This document shows, piece after piece, positions 49,638 through 60,015 of a stretch of 64,000 bases of DNA. Positions within the stretch are counted from its first letter, which is position 1. Each line of letters opens with the position of its first letter. Location: positions 352,001 through 416,000 of the forward strand of contig CAVXLD010000012.1 of assembly GCA_963762565.1 (NCBI GenBank), written 5' to 3'. The notes below the pieces were generated by a model. It saw nothing but the letters and a program-made list of their open reading frames with translations, had not been told where the DNA came from and ran no database searches. Both the position numbers and the translations under genes were made by a program. This DNA comes from an uncultured Verrucomicrobiae bacterium. Its GTDB lineage: Bacteria > Verrucomicrobiota > Verrucomicrobiia > Chthoniobacterales > JAFAMB01.

Positions 49638-50000
49638 TCATCTCCTAGCTCCTAGCTCCTGCTGGTCGTACAGTCCATCGACCTTCGCGGCCACGACAAA
49701 ATCATTCCGATGCAGTCCGCGAATCTTATGGGTCCACAGGGTCACCGTCACGCGACCCCATTCCGTCAGGATGGCCGGATGATGACCTTCCTCTTCAGCA
49801 AGATCACCCACCTTGTTGCTGAAGTGGAGAGCTTCCGCAAAGTTTTGGAACCGAAAAACCCGTTCTAATCTCGGGATCCCTTCGCGTTCCAACATCGTCC
49901 ATTCCGGGATCTGTGGTTTGAGCTCCGCAATCTCAGCTTCGGTCACTGGAGGAGAATCACGGCGGCAAGCAGTACATTTCTCAGTCGTCAGTGTTGCCAT
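49638..50000 (-). CDS. phhB: Pterin-4-alpha-carbinolamine dehydratase
   Basis: AEEEGHHP, WTHKIRGLHRNDF. Confidence 0.92.
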   Translation of the reverse strand: MATLTTEKCTACRRDSPPVTEAEIAELKPQIPEWTMLEREGIPRLERVFRFQNFAEALHFSNKVGDLAEEEGHHPAILTEWGRVTVTLWTHKIRGLHRNDFVVAAKVDGLYDQQELGARR

Positions 50001-50356
50001 ACCTCTAGCTTAAGAGAAGCACGCCAAAAGCAACCGCGAATGGACACGAATTGACAAGAATAAGCACAAGGAGTTCTGGGAAAAGGTCAAAGGTGACGGG
50101 TGAAAAACCGGAGTGCTCTCTGTTTATCATTTACGAGCCAAGTGATTCTCGAACTGCTGTAACTCCTGAACTCCTCTTTTATTCGCGTTCATTCGTGTCC
50201 ATTCGCGGTTCAATCGTTCGTGTCTTATCTTTGTAAATCTGCGTCCATCTGCGGTTCGTTTTTGACCGATTTTGGTATTCGTGGGTCGTTTTTTGTCTTG
50301 TAACTGGCAAAAAAGTTGTTGCACGGTCCGCGATATCATGAAACAGGGGCGGTTCC

Positions 50357-50833
50357 ATGAAGAATTGGATCCTCTGTAATCTTTTAGTTCTTGGTCTTCC
50401 GGTGACGATGCATGCCTCGGATGAGAGCTTTCGCGTCTTTCGTCCGGTTGATCCGGCCAGGCTAGAAAGGAAGGTGCCGGCCGGTTACGGCCAGGTGTTT
50501 ATTGAAGCTGGTCGTCAGAATAATATCGATCCACTTCTGTTAGCGGCGATCTCAGCACATGAGTCGGGTGCCTGGAAAAGCGCAGCCGCGCGTCACAAGA
50601 ACAATTGGATGGGCTTGATGACCAGGTTTGGGACTAAGCGATTTGCCAGTTCTGCTCAATCGATCTTCTACGCAGCTGAGCTGCTGAATCGTAGACCGTT
50701 CAAAGGCCGCAACACTTTGAGCGAGATTGCATCCGTCTATTGCGCCACCAATCCCGGTTACTGGGCGAAATCTGTTCTGGAGTGGGAAAGATTGTTAGGC
50801 GGCGGCCGTCTGCGTTTAGCTAATAGCCGATAG
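50357..50833 (+). CDS. Secreted lysozyme-like/glucosaminidase-domain protein
   Basis: Signal peptide, IDPLLLAAISAHES, KNNWMG, IASVYC...W. Confidence 0.7.
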   Translation: MKNWILCNLLVLGLPVTMHASDESFRVFRPVDPARLERKVPAGYGQVFIEAGRQNNIDPLLLAAISAHESGAWKSAAARHKNNWMGLMTRFGTKRFASSAQSIFYAAELLNRRPFKGRNTLSEIASVYCATNPGYWAKSVLEWERLLGGGRLRLANSR

Positions 50834-50972
50834 CCCATCCAGTAGTCAGTAATCATGATTGGCGATTGGTGATTGGTGATTGGTGATTGGTGATCGGTGT
50901 GCCGATGCGCCAATTTGTCATCTGTCTCTCATTGGCTTTCGGCTATTGGCTATTGGCTATGCCGCGAAGCGG

Positions 50973-51743
50973 CTACAGCCCAGGTATAACCGTCCGCAGC
51001 GCCCGAGCTTGGCGTTCGCTGACTTCGATTTGGGTGCTGGCGGGATCATCCATGATTAGCATGAAAGCGCTGCGGGCAGCCGGTCGAATCTCCTTTACCC
51101 TGCGCAAATTGACCAGAGATGAGCGATGCGCCCGAAAGAAATTGAACTCGCTTAGGCCCTGCTCTAGGTCGCTGATTTGATAGTTTACCCAAACCGTGTC
51201 GTTGTTAGTGCGTGCGCGTACGATCCCATGATCGATAAAGAAATACACGACATCGGTTGGATCCAAAAGTAGGAATCGGTCCAGTTTTCGAGCGACGATC
51301 TGCTGGAAATTTCGGGGCACACCGGCACTGAAACGATGAATTTGATCGGTAACTTGCGCGCGGTCGTCTGCAAATTGATGTAATCGCCACGCGCGTTCCA
51401 CCATCTCGCGAAGCCGTTCAGCTTCGATCGGTTTCAACAAATAGGCAATCGCGTTTGCCTCGAAGGCCGCCATGGCATGTTCATGAAAACCGGTAACGAA
51501 AATAATCAATGGTAGCGTTAAATCGGCCGGTAACGCCTTGAGGGTTTCGAAACCGTCCAAGCCCGGCATTTGCACGTCCAGAAACACTAAGTCCGGCCGC
51601 AACCGCTGAATCTCAGCCACTGCTTCGAGACCATCTTTCGCTTCACCAATAACCTCGACGTGCTCTTCCTCCTTCAACAACCTCCGTAATCGCAGCCGAG
51701 CGTTCGGTTCGTCATCAATAAGCAACGAGCGCAATTTTTTCAT
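50973..51743 (-). CDS. LytTR-family response regulator
   Basis: IDDE, FLDVQMPGLDG, YLLKP, FFRAHRSSLVN, VSER. Confidence 0.93.
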   Translation of the reverse strand: MKKLRSLLIDDEPNARLRLRRLLKEEEHVEVIGEAKDGLEAVAEIQRLRPDLVFLDVQMPGLDGFETLKALPADLTLPLIIFVTGFHEHAMAAFEANAIAYLLKPIEAERLREMVERAWRLHQFADDRAQVTDQIHRFSAGVPRNFQQIVARKLDRFLLLDPTDVVYFFIDHGIVRARTNNDTVWVNYQISDLEQGLSEFNFFRAHRSSLVNLRRVKEIRPAARSAFMLIMDDPASTQIEVSERQARALRTVIPGL

Positions 51744-53734
51744 CGAGCGACCCGCACCACACCTGCTGCCTCCTCCCGAATCTGACTTTTTTTAGTAATC
51801 GGAATCAGGATCTGAGCGCGTGAACCTGAGCGAGGAACACTTTCAAAGCTGAACTGGGCGTCGCCGCGATAGACAGTCTGGAGTCTCTCTTCCACGTTGC
51901 GAAGCCCCAGCCCCGTGGAACCCCGACCGGCGAGCTTCAGGCTGACATTCGCGCCAACCCCGTTGTCTTCCACCGTAAGCTCAAGGTGCTCGGTGACTTG
52001 GCGGGCCCGGATGGTCAAAAGATTCTCGCCCACCTTCGGCCCGAGACCGTGCTTAAGCGAGTTCTCCACCAGAGGTTGAAGGATGAAAGTCGGAATCGCG
52101 AGTTGCGACGTCGCTTCCTCGATCTCGAAGTTTACCCTTAAACGGTCCCCAAACCGGATCTTTTCGATTTCTAAATAAGTGCGGAGAAAAGAAATCTCGT
52201 CGTTGACCGAGCTAAATGGGCGATCGTGATAGGTTAGGACGTGTCGAAAGATCTTCGCTAATCGAACAATCATTTCCTCTGCCACTTCTGGCTCTGCTGT
52301 AATCAGGGCCGCGATACTGTTCAACGAGTTGAACAAGAAGTGCGGATTGATTTGAGCGCGAAGCGCGCGCAACTCCGCCTCCACTAGTTGTTTCACCAGG
52401 TGCGCTTCACGCCGGGCCCGTTCAATGTTTTCTTTCTCCCGATCGATCGCTTCGAGGCGGCGCTCGATCGCTAAACAAACTTCGCGAAGAAAATCGACCT
52501 CAGCGTTGAACAGGATATGACGGCGCGTGCCCGTCGTGATCACCAAAGCGGTACCTGGATGATCGCCGCTTTTTGAAATATGGAAGACATAATCGCGACC
52601 GGCATCGCATCGAACCGTATCAGCGGATTCCCCAGCGGCATCGTCCGGACGAATGGCCGCATCGGCGATTCGCAATGTATTTTTCGCGAGTGCTCTTCCG
52701 GTTTCGAAGATAGTACCGACGTCTGATTCTCTGGATATGGCTTCTCGAAACGACTTTAAGGCGCGACGGTAATCTGTTTGCCGGAAAATTTGCCGGTCGA
52801 CTAGCCAATCACTCAAAGCAGTGATCTTGGCGTACAGCACGATCGCGATCCAGATGATCATGGCGAAACCGAGCACCGACAGCTTCATGGAAGCCGGTTC
52901 TTCCTGAAAAGGCGGTCCGAACAGGACGCGAGCTAGATGGGCAATCGCGAGCGCGATTAAGGCGCCAAGCAGAATGCGTAAACCGCGTTGCGCAAAGATG
53001 TCACTGAAGCGGAAGCGAGATAGCCCAAATAGGCCGCCGCCAACCAAAAGAACGACGTTGAACGGTCTGGCGAACTCAACCAGTGAGTGAAGCCAGAGTG
53101 GTGCCTGTCCAAAACTCTCTTCCAGGGCGTGGACTGTCGACAACGACATGCCCGTCAAGAGGGAGGCTACTGAAATCCAAGAGAGCCATCCTCTTAGCCG
53201 GCCTGGTAAGAAGACAAACGCGCCGGACCAAAAGAACAGAAGCCCATTGTATTCCGCTGGCAGGAGCGCGTCCATTGGGCTGACCATCCCATACTCGGTG
53301 TGTGCCGGGAGTAACCCAGCTACATGCGCGACACTTAAGATCACGGCAGACAAGGCCGCCAAACCAATCACCACCCGCCCAAGCTGGCGCCTCCAATCGG
53401 AAGAGAAGGGGCCTTGGGCCCAGAGTCCAAGAATTGTGACTGGCCAGGTCACCGCGGCGAAGAAAGCGAAGTCTGTGGCGAGAACCACGACTGGTGACTG
53501 AAGCGACTGACTTATGCTATACGCAACCTGCGCCAGGCAGGCGCTGACCGTGAAGGTCAGTGTGCACAGCGCAAAGCCAAGGCGGGCCGCCCGTTGTTCT
53601 TCGCTTGAACGCAGGGCCAGAATTAAGAGGAGGGTCGCAAGCGTGGCGCCGACGCCGAAACTAAAGCACTTCTGGATCGTGTTCTGATCGTTGCTGAATG
53701 CGAGAGCGAGTAAAAAAAAATGCTGCGAGATCAT
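51740..53734 (-). CDS. LytS-family membrane sensor histidine kinase
   Basis: Multi-TM N-terminus, LRAQINPHFLFNSLN, IEKIRFGDRL, LQPLVENSLKHG, GLGLRNV. Confidence 0.92.
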   Translation of the reverse strand: MISQHFFLLALAFSNDQNTIQKCFSFGVGATLATLLLILALRSSEEQRAARLGFALCTLTFTVSACLAQVAYSISQSLQSPVVVLATDFAFFAAVTWPVTILGLWAQGPFSSDWRRQLGRVVIGLAALSAVILSVAHVAGLLPAHTEYGMVSPMDALLPAEYNGLLFFWSGAFVFLPGRLRGWLSWISVASLLTGMSLSTVHALEESFGQAPLWLHSLVEFARPFNVVLLVGGGLFGLSRFRFSDIFAQRGLRILLGALIALAIAHLARVLFGPPFQEEPASMKLSVLGFAMIIWIAIVLYAKITALSDWLVDRQIFRQTDYRRALKSFREAISRESDVGTIFETGRALAKNTLRIADAAIRPDDAAGESADTVRCDAGRDYVFHISKSGDHPGTALVITTGTRRHILFNAEVDFLREVCLAIERRLEAIDREKENIERARREAHLVKQLVEAELRALRAQINPHFLFNSLNSIAALITAEPEVAEEMIVRLAKIFRHVLTYHDRPFSSVNDEISFLRTYLEIEKIRFGDRLRVNFEIEEATSQLAIPTFILQPLVENSLKHGLGPKVGENLLTIRARQVTEHLELTVEDNGVGANVSLKLAGRGSTGLGLRNVEERLQTVYRGDAQFSFESVPRSGSRAQILIPITKKSQIREEAAGVVRVAR

Positions 53735-54086
53735 CTGAGTGCTGCCGGCCGATCCACGGTCTTCGGGACAAACAAATTAGGCCGGTCTAGCACATTGGCC
53801 CAATAAATTATTTGTCGCTCCGCTCCGCCGAGTCTGTGCCCGAATCCAGTGAAAGAGCCGCCATCGGCGTTTGCCGGAAAGGAGAAATGGATTTCGTTCC
53901 CGAGGAACTTTTTTGTTTTTCATAGCAGCGAGTAATCCTGAGCCTAAGGCCGTCGCTGAGGCCATCAATCGATAACCGGGCCAGCGCGGATCATCGTTTG
54001 TCGAGCGCGGGGTATAAGGGCATCAGCGCGTGGGTTGGAAGGGCGAATGGGCGATGCTACCTATGAAACGACCGGAGCCCAACGTT

Positions 54087-54519
54087 GGTGGGGCGAGGCT
54101 CCGGAGTGAGCTCAAACGCTGCGCAGGGGTCAATCATGTGGTGTCATTATATGAAGGGTTGGGCCGACACGCTCTCGTTGCGAATGGGCGAAACGGCGTA
54201 GGGGCGAAGGGGCGACGCCGAGAAAAAGCGATGGGACGGTAATAAGCTTCGAAAGCGCTGATAAGCATTTAGTTCGGCAGCCGCCGGATTAGGCCCAAGG
54301 ATTATGCAAGTAACAGGAACCAGTACCGAAGGCCCAAGAGAAATCGCCGTTCCGCCGATTCGCCCATTCGCCGTTTCGCAAACGGGTTGGCTGGTGAATC
54401 CTGGGTGTTGGCGAATCAGGGGCGGCGGCTCGGCAGCGAATCAGCCTTGCACACTTTCTCGTCGACATCCGCGGAAAGCCCTGGAATTACCAGCGCCCGT
54501 TCCGGAGCCTCGCCCCACC
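54087..54519. repeat. REP-like inverted pair, family D, with internal micro-repeats
   Basis: ggtggggcgaggctcc ... ggagcctcgccccacc; also 59759-59970 and a half copy at ~23909. Confidence 0.7.
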
Positions 54520-54665
54520 ATTCTTGGGCTCCGACAAACGCCGACACGCCGAACGCCAAACGCCCCACACGCGTTCATCCCGCCAAGCTCGTCATTTATC
54601 CGCTTTTTCCCGCGCCGGTCCTGAATCGCTGGCTTCGACGGAGTCGACGTCTTTCAGTGTTGGCT

Positions 54666-54941
54666 ATGAGACCTCCAGAGGCGCAGGCAATTTCGGGTGG
54701 CGGACCGGCGCGCGACCTTGACCGGCAAACGAGACCGAGCCGCACGAATTGGCTCCACGTCATAATGGCTGCAGCCGGAATTACCTTGGTTAGCTCGGTG
54801 GCCGGAGTACTCGCTTATAATTGGTATTTCGATACCACGCTTGTTGCCTTGTCATCCTCTTTGCAGCCGATTTCCAGCGCTTTCCATCAGCTCGGCGGTA
54901 GTCATTTGAGGCAACCGTCATCACCTACACCCGGAAATTGA
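54666..54941 (+). CDS. Hypothetical single-TM small protein
   Basis: ATG 54666, hydrophobic WLHVIMAAAGITLVSSVAGVLAY segment. Confidence 0.5.
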   Translation: MRPPEAQAISGGGPARDLDRQTRPSRTNWLHVIMAAAGITLVSSVAGVLAYNWYFDTTLVALSSSLQPISSAFHQLGGSHLRQPSSPTPGN

Positions 54942-55111
54942 TGCAACCTGTTATGAACGCTCTAGTAGAGTTCGATGAAAAAGAATTTTGGATCCAACTC
55001 TTCTCGATTGCGGTGCGACGAGAGGCGAGAACAGAAGATGAGGATACTCACTGGGATGATGCAGCGGATACCTGCTTTCAACAGGAAGGGGAACTTGGCG
55101 CTGTTCGCTAA
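54941..55111 (+). CDS. Hypothetical 56-aa acidic protein (not in the ORF track)
   Basis: TGATG overlap with the upstream ORF; MQPVMNALVEFDEKEFWIQLFSIAVRREARTEDEDTHWDDAADTCFQQEGELGAVR. Confidence 0.45.
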   Translation: MQPVMNALVEFDEKEFWIQLFSIAVRREARTEDEDTHWDDAADTCFQQEGELGAVR

Positions 55112-55770
55112 ACGATTCTGTTATCCTTGACCGCTTCGTTCTTTTGTAGATTAAAATCTCTCGTCCGGGCGCTCGACTTTGCCCAGTACTTCGTGATCCG
55201 GACGGCCTGCAGAACGACCAGCCAAAGGAGCAGCCAGCGCGAGATGTACCAATGCCCTTTGCCGGCGATCGACTGGTGATAGATCAGGACCGCTGCCGCC
55301 ACGTAAGCTAGCCGATGCAGCCATTTCCAACGTTTGCTACCCAATCGGCGAACTGACCAGTTGTTGCTGGTCGCAGCTAATATCACCAGGATCGTTAGCC
55401 CAATGAGACCGAACCAGGTAAAGGGTTTGGTGAAACTCTGGAGCAGATCGTCCCAGTCGCCTTGGTAGAGTACATGACAGGAGAAATGGATTAATCCATA
55501 AATACAGGCTGAGACCCCGATATACCGTCGATGACGGTTCAAAGCGTTTACAATCGGGGAATGCGGAAAGAGTGCTCGCAACGGGCTTAAACTAAGGACG
55601 GCGCCCAAAGTCCAAATGGCAATTTCACCGGACACATGCAGGAGCCGATCAATCGGGTTAGCTCCAAGCTGGTCGGTCAGAGCGGGAACAACCAGAAACC
55701 AAACGCCCACGCCAACTAACACCGCGAGCGCGAAAAGCTTCTTGGATAAAATCCGAGCGATGACGTTCAT
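55108..55770 (-). CDS. msrQ: Methionine sulfoxide reductase heme-binding subunit MsrQ
   Basis: LGANP, RRYIG...YGLIH, LAATS, WKWLHRLAY; follows msrP. Confidence 0.88.
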   Translation of the reverse strand: MNVIARILSKKLFALAVLVGVGVWFLVVPALTDQLGANPIDRLLHVSGEIAIWTLGAVLSLSPLRALFPHSPIVNALNRHRRYIGVSACIYGLIHFSCHVLYQGDWDDLLQSFTKPFTWFGLIGLTILVILAATSNNWSVRRLGSKRWKWLHRLAYVAAAVLIYHQSIAGKGHWYISRWLLLWLVVLQAVRITKYWAKSSARTRDFNLQKNEAVKDNRIV

Positions 55771-56080
55771 GCCCGACTAGACCCAACCGCAAATGAGAAG
55801 CCCCAACCGCAGATGAACGCAGATGGACGCAGATAAAAAAACTGAACCGAGAATGGGCACAAAGGGATGCGAATCGATAATAACCGCGAATGCACGCGAA
55901 TTGACGCGAATGGAATCCTTTTTTGCTCCTTAGGGCCTCTGTAGAATTTCCGAAAGACGAATTTTGGGCAGACGAGATTTTTGGGCAAACAAAGCTCCAT
56001 TTAATTCGTGTCCATTCGCGGTCGATCCCTTTATCTGCGTGTATCTGCGTTCATCTGCGGTTGACTCTCCTCATTCGCGG

Positions 56081-57043
56081 TTAAAAGTTCTTCCTTAGGT
56101 CCAGTCCAGTGTACAGCGCGGCCACTTCCTTCTCGTAGCCGTTAAATTTCAGGGTTGGTTGTCTGCCTCCAAAGAAACCTGCGCCGATTACTCGCTCCGT
56201 TTTTTGGCTCCACCGAGGGTGATCGACCTCTGGGTTCACGTTTGCGTAGAAGCCGTACTCGTTAGGCGCCATTTCGTTCCAAAGCGTCTTTGGTTGATCG
56301 CTAACGAAATCGATTCGTGCGAGCGATTTCGCTCCTTTAAAGCCGTACTTCCACGGAACTACTAGCCGGATGGGTGCACCGTTCTGATTCAGCAACGGTT
56401 TTCCATAGATGCCGGTCGCCAGGAACGCCAGCTCATTGTTGGCCTCAGCCAAGGTCAAGCCTTCCGTATAAGGCCAAGGAAAATCCTGCGACTGTTGGCC
56501 CGGACAATTCTTCGGATCCAGAAACGAAGTGAACTTCAGAAACTTTGCTTCGGGCTTCGGTTGCGCCATGGACACTAACTTGGCCAAAGCAAAACCATCC
56601 CAGGGGATGACCATTGACCAAGCCTCTACACATCGGTGGCGGTAGTTTCTTTGCTCGATCCCACCGATAGTCTTTACCAGGTCATTGACATCATAGGTTC
56701 CTGGTTTCTCGCACAAGCCCCCAATCTGGATGGTCCAGGGTTCGGTTTTCCAACCGTGATTAGCATTCACTTTGGGATCGCCCTTATCGAGACCCCATTC
56801 ATAGAAATTGTTGTAACTAGTAACGTCGTCGTACGGCGTTAGCTTAACTCCAGCCAGAGCATACGTTTTATCTAGCGAATCGGGAAAACCAAAGCTAGCG
56901 CCACGGGCCAGAGCCGGAAACAAGGCGCCGGCAGCAACACCGAGACCAAACACGCGCAAAAATTGTCGCCTGCCAAGGTATTGAGACTCCGGTGTCACCG
57001 CAGAATCCGGCAGCTGCCACGAATGTTTTCTAATGATATGCAT
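56081..57043 (-). CDS. msrP: Methionine sulfoxide reductase catalytic subunit MsrP
   Basis: Tat motif RRQFL, YNNFYE, HRCVEAWS, QNGAPIRLVVPWKYGFK, EYGFYANVNP. Confidence 0.96.
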   Translation of the reverse strand: MHIIRKHSWQLPDSAVTPESQYLGRRQFLRVFGLGVAAGALFPALARGASFGFPDSLDKTYALAGVKLTPYDDVTSYNNFYEWGLDKGDPKVNANHGWKTEPWTIQIGGLCEKPGTYDVNDLVKTIGGIEQRNYRHRCVEAWSMVIPWDGFALAKLVSMAQPKPEAKFLKFTSFLDPKNCPGQQSQDFPWPYTEGLTLAEANNELAFLATGIYGKPLLNQNGAPIRLVVPWKYGFKGAKSLARIDFVSDQPKTLWNEMAPNEYGFYANVNPEVDHPRWSQKTERVIGAGFFGGRQPTLKFNGYEKEVAALYTGLDLRKNF

Positions 57044-57110
57044 GTGAATCTTCTAAAAGTTTGAGATGCCGAAGCGCCTCGATATTCCCTCGCGTCTCAG
57101 GTCCATGACG

Positions 57111-57419
57111 TGCGAGGCCGAGGGGTCGCCCCCGTGGAGCGCGCCTCGCTTGCGAGGCCGAAGGGGTCGCCACCCGTGGAGCGCGCCTCGCTTGCGAGGC
57201 CGAGGGGTCGCCACCCGTGGAGCGCGCCTCGCTTGCGAGGCCGAGGTGAGCAGGGCCGACGATGGTGCGGCCCTGTCCACTTGCTGCGCTCTTTTGTGTG
57301 TCCTGTTTGAAGAGCCAGAAATCGCGAGATAGAGCGCTGAATGGATAGGGCGCTACTGCACGATATCCCTTGCTCACCACGGCCTCGCAAGCGAGGCAGC
57401 GCTCCACGGTCTCCGACCG
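57111..57419. repeat. Family B element with a tandem array of ~42-44-bp units
   Basis: Three units of gaggggtcgccacccgtggagcgcgcctcgcttgcgaggcc, then an inverted copy at ~57376-57410. Confidence 0.85.
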
Positions 57420-57560
57420 AATTATCCACGCCCTCTCACTTCTTCCAACGCAGCCGCAAGTTCACGAACACCGCGTCGAATCTCGTTGGCACTAGTGGCA
57501 GCAAACCCAAGTTGTAATCCTTTTCGGTCCGGCCGGCCGCGGTCATACCAGCTGAGCGGA

Positions 57561-57978
57561 ATGACCTCCACCTGTCGAGCAGTTGCAGCTTTAGCCGCAG
57601 CCTCGTCGTCAATCTGCTGTCGCTGCTCGGTTTGGTCTCTGGGGAGACAATACCGGTCCCGACAGCTTCCAGCATTTTGTGGAATACACCGCGCAGGTTA
57701 ATTCCTTTATGCCGGCGTTCACGATTCCGTTTCTGGCTTGGGCTGCCACGGTCGCAGAGACCTTTCTCGGTATTACCTTGATTCTAGGAATTTGGACTCG
57801 CTTCATGGCACTCGCCGCCGCGGGGTTGCTGGTCTTGTTTGGCACCGCCATGGCGGTTTCGTTCGGTATCAAATCACCAGTAGACTATTCAGTGTTTTCC
57901 GCGTCCGCCGGAGCATTGCTATTAGCGATGTGCCAGATTCGAAAGGGGGAGGCTAAACCCAGGCTGGCACACGGATAG
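57561..57978 (+). CDS. DoxX family membrane protein, 5' frameshift or degenerate start
   Basis: SAVAARFGLWG..FQHFVEYTAQVNSF, ATVAE..LG, PVDYSVFSASAGALLL. Confidence 0.7.
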
Positions 57979-58012
57979 CGAGGGGTGATTTTGCGACCGT
58001 GGGCGAGTCCCT

Positions 58013-58230
58013 GGAGGGGAGCCGCTTTGTAGGTTTTTCAGGTCTGTAGGTAGGCAGCAGGCGGCTCCCGGGAACGGCCGTTGATTTGCCATGGTCTATA
58101 ATTTTCCCGAACGCCTTCGATGCGGATCTTGTTGCCGAGGCGTTGGACCAAAGGGAACACACTGGGTAATTCCCGGGAGCCGCCTGATGCATACTTATAG
58201 AGCTGCTAACCTGCAAAGCGGCTCCCCTCC
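58013..58230. repeat. REPIN/MITE-like element, family A
   Basis: Same outer and inner IRs. Confidence 0.8.
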
Positions 58231-58320
58231 ACGCCGGGGCCTCCGCTTGCACGCTCCCGGCGTTCCCGTCGCTCCCGGCGTTGACGACGTTTCCCAAGCG
58301 GGCCCATATTCGTCTCATCC

Positions 58321-59748
58321 ATGAAGGATCAATTTCTCTCCAGGAACTTCCTCTTATCCACGCCGACGAGTGAAAAGCTATATTTCCAGTTTGCGCAGGA
58401 TCTCCCCATATTCGACTATCATTGCCATATCCCGCCCGGCGAAATCGCTCAGAACCGGCGTTTCGAAAATTTGACGAAAATCTGGTTAAACGACGGTAAG
58501 TACGGGGATCACTACAAATGGCGGGCGATGCGAGCGCATGGAGTGCCTGAACGTTACATCACCGGCGACGCCAGCGATTACGACAAATTCCTCGCATATG
58601 CCAAGACGGTTCCTGCCACGATCCGCAACCCGCTCTATCATTGGACGCACCTCGAGTTGCGACGCTATTTCGATATTACCGAGCTTCTCGATGAATCCTC
58701 TGCTCCCCGGATCTGGCAACAAGCGAACGAGCGCCTGAAAGATCTCAGCGCCCAACGAATCATCCAAAAATTCAGGGTCTCGGTGATCTGTACCACGGAT
58801 GATCCGACGGATGATTTGGAGCACCATCAAACGATCAGACGCAGCGGTTTATCAGCGCGGGTCTACCCTGCCTTTCGCCCTGACAAAGCATTTGCCGTCG
58901 ATCAGGTCGAATCCTTTAATCAATGGACCGACCGGCTGGCAAAACTTAGCGGCTCTGCCTGTCGCGACTTATCTGAGTTCACAGACGCTTTGCGAAAGCG
59001 GCATCGTTTCTTTGGCGGGCAGGGTGCGAAATTGTCCGATCACGGTATCCCGTATTGTTATTCTGCGACGTGCGATGAATCCGAGGCCGGCGCCATCTAC
59101 GGGAAAGTCCGATCGGGAACTACGCCAAACGAGAACGAAACGCTTAAGTTCAGAAGTTACCTGTTACGGTTTTTTGGCGAACTAGATGCGGAGGCAGACT
59201 GGACAAAGCAGTTGCACCTCGGAGCGCTTCGCAACACGAACAGCCGAGCGTTCAAAGATCTTGGACCTGACGCCGGGTTCGACTCAATTGGTGATTGGCC
59301 CCAAGCGGAGCCGCTAGTCCGGTACCTCGACCAGTTGGAGTCCGCGGGAAAACTGCCGAGGATGATCGTCTATAATCTGAATCCGAACGATAATTATCTT
59401 CTGGCAACGATGGTGGGCAACTTTCAAAGCGGTCCGACTCCAGGCAAACTCCAGTTCGGGACGGGTTGGTGGTTTCTGGATCAGAAAGAGGCCATCGAAT
59501 GGCAATTGAATGCGCTATCGAATTGCGGGCTGTTGACCCATTTTGTTGGCATGTTGACTGACTCCCGCAGTTTCATGTCGTATCCGCGCCACGAATATTT
59601 TCGGCGAGTCTTGTGCGATGTCCTAGGCCGGGAAGTCGAGCGAGGCGAGATTCCGAATGATGAAGGTTTGTTAGCTAATTTGGTCACAGGAATCTGCTTC
59701 GATAACGCGAAGCGGTATTTCGGTTTGGAGTGTGGGGAAGGGCGGTGA
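58321..59748 (+). CDS. uxaC: Glucuronate isomerase
   Basis: PIFDYHCH, DHYKWRAMR, NPLYHWTHLEL, CTTDDP, GWWFLD, GMLTDSRSFMSYPRHEYFRR. Confidence 0.97.
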   Translation: MKDQFLSRNFLLSTPTSEKLYFQFAQDLPIFDYHCHIPPGEIAQNRRFENLTKIWLNDGKYGDHYKWRAMRAHGVPERYITGDASDYDKFLAYAKTVPATIRNPLYHWTHLELRRYFDITELLDESSAPRIWQQANERLKDLSAQRIIQKFRVSVICTTDDPTDDLEHHQTIRRSGLSARVYPAFRPDKAFAVDQVESFNQWTDRLAKLSGSACRDLSEFTDALRKRHRFFGGQGAKLSDHGIPYCYSATCDESEAGAIYGKVRSGTTPNENETLKFRSYLLRFFGELDAEADWTKQLHLGALRNTNSRAFKDLGPDAGFDSIGDWPQAEPLVRYLDQLESAGKLPRMIVYNLNPNDNYLLATMVGNFQSGPTPGKLQFGTGWWFLDQKEAIEWQLNALSNCGLLTHFVGMLTDSRSFMSYPRHEYFRRVLCDVLGREVERGEIPNDEGLLANLVTGICFDNAKRYFGLECGEGR

Positions 59749-60015
59749 CGCCGCCTTTGGTGGGGCGAGGCTCCCGAAGAGCGCGACGATAGACCAAGGG
59801 TGTACCGTGCGAACGTCGAGAGATGAATGAGCAAGGCCGACAGACGCGCCGAGCCGTGGCCCACGGTGGCCCACGGCTCGGCGTGATTCTAGGCGTAACA
59901 GCGCGATCCGGGCAGGCGTTGCCGAACGCTTCGTTCGAACCGTTGGGCCATTCGGGAGCCTCGCCCTACCAAATCGAGGACGAGGACGACGGAAGAGACG
60001 ATAGCGCGCTCGCCG

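Noticed and set aside
50306..50326. sigma54 promoter upstream of the glucosaminidase-like gene
   Set aside because: TGGCA to TTGC spacing is 3 nt too long for -24/-12.
57111..57246. CRISPR array
   Set aside because: Units are contiguous tandem repeats without unique spacers, belong to a dispersed palindromic family, and no cas genes are present.
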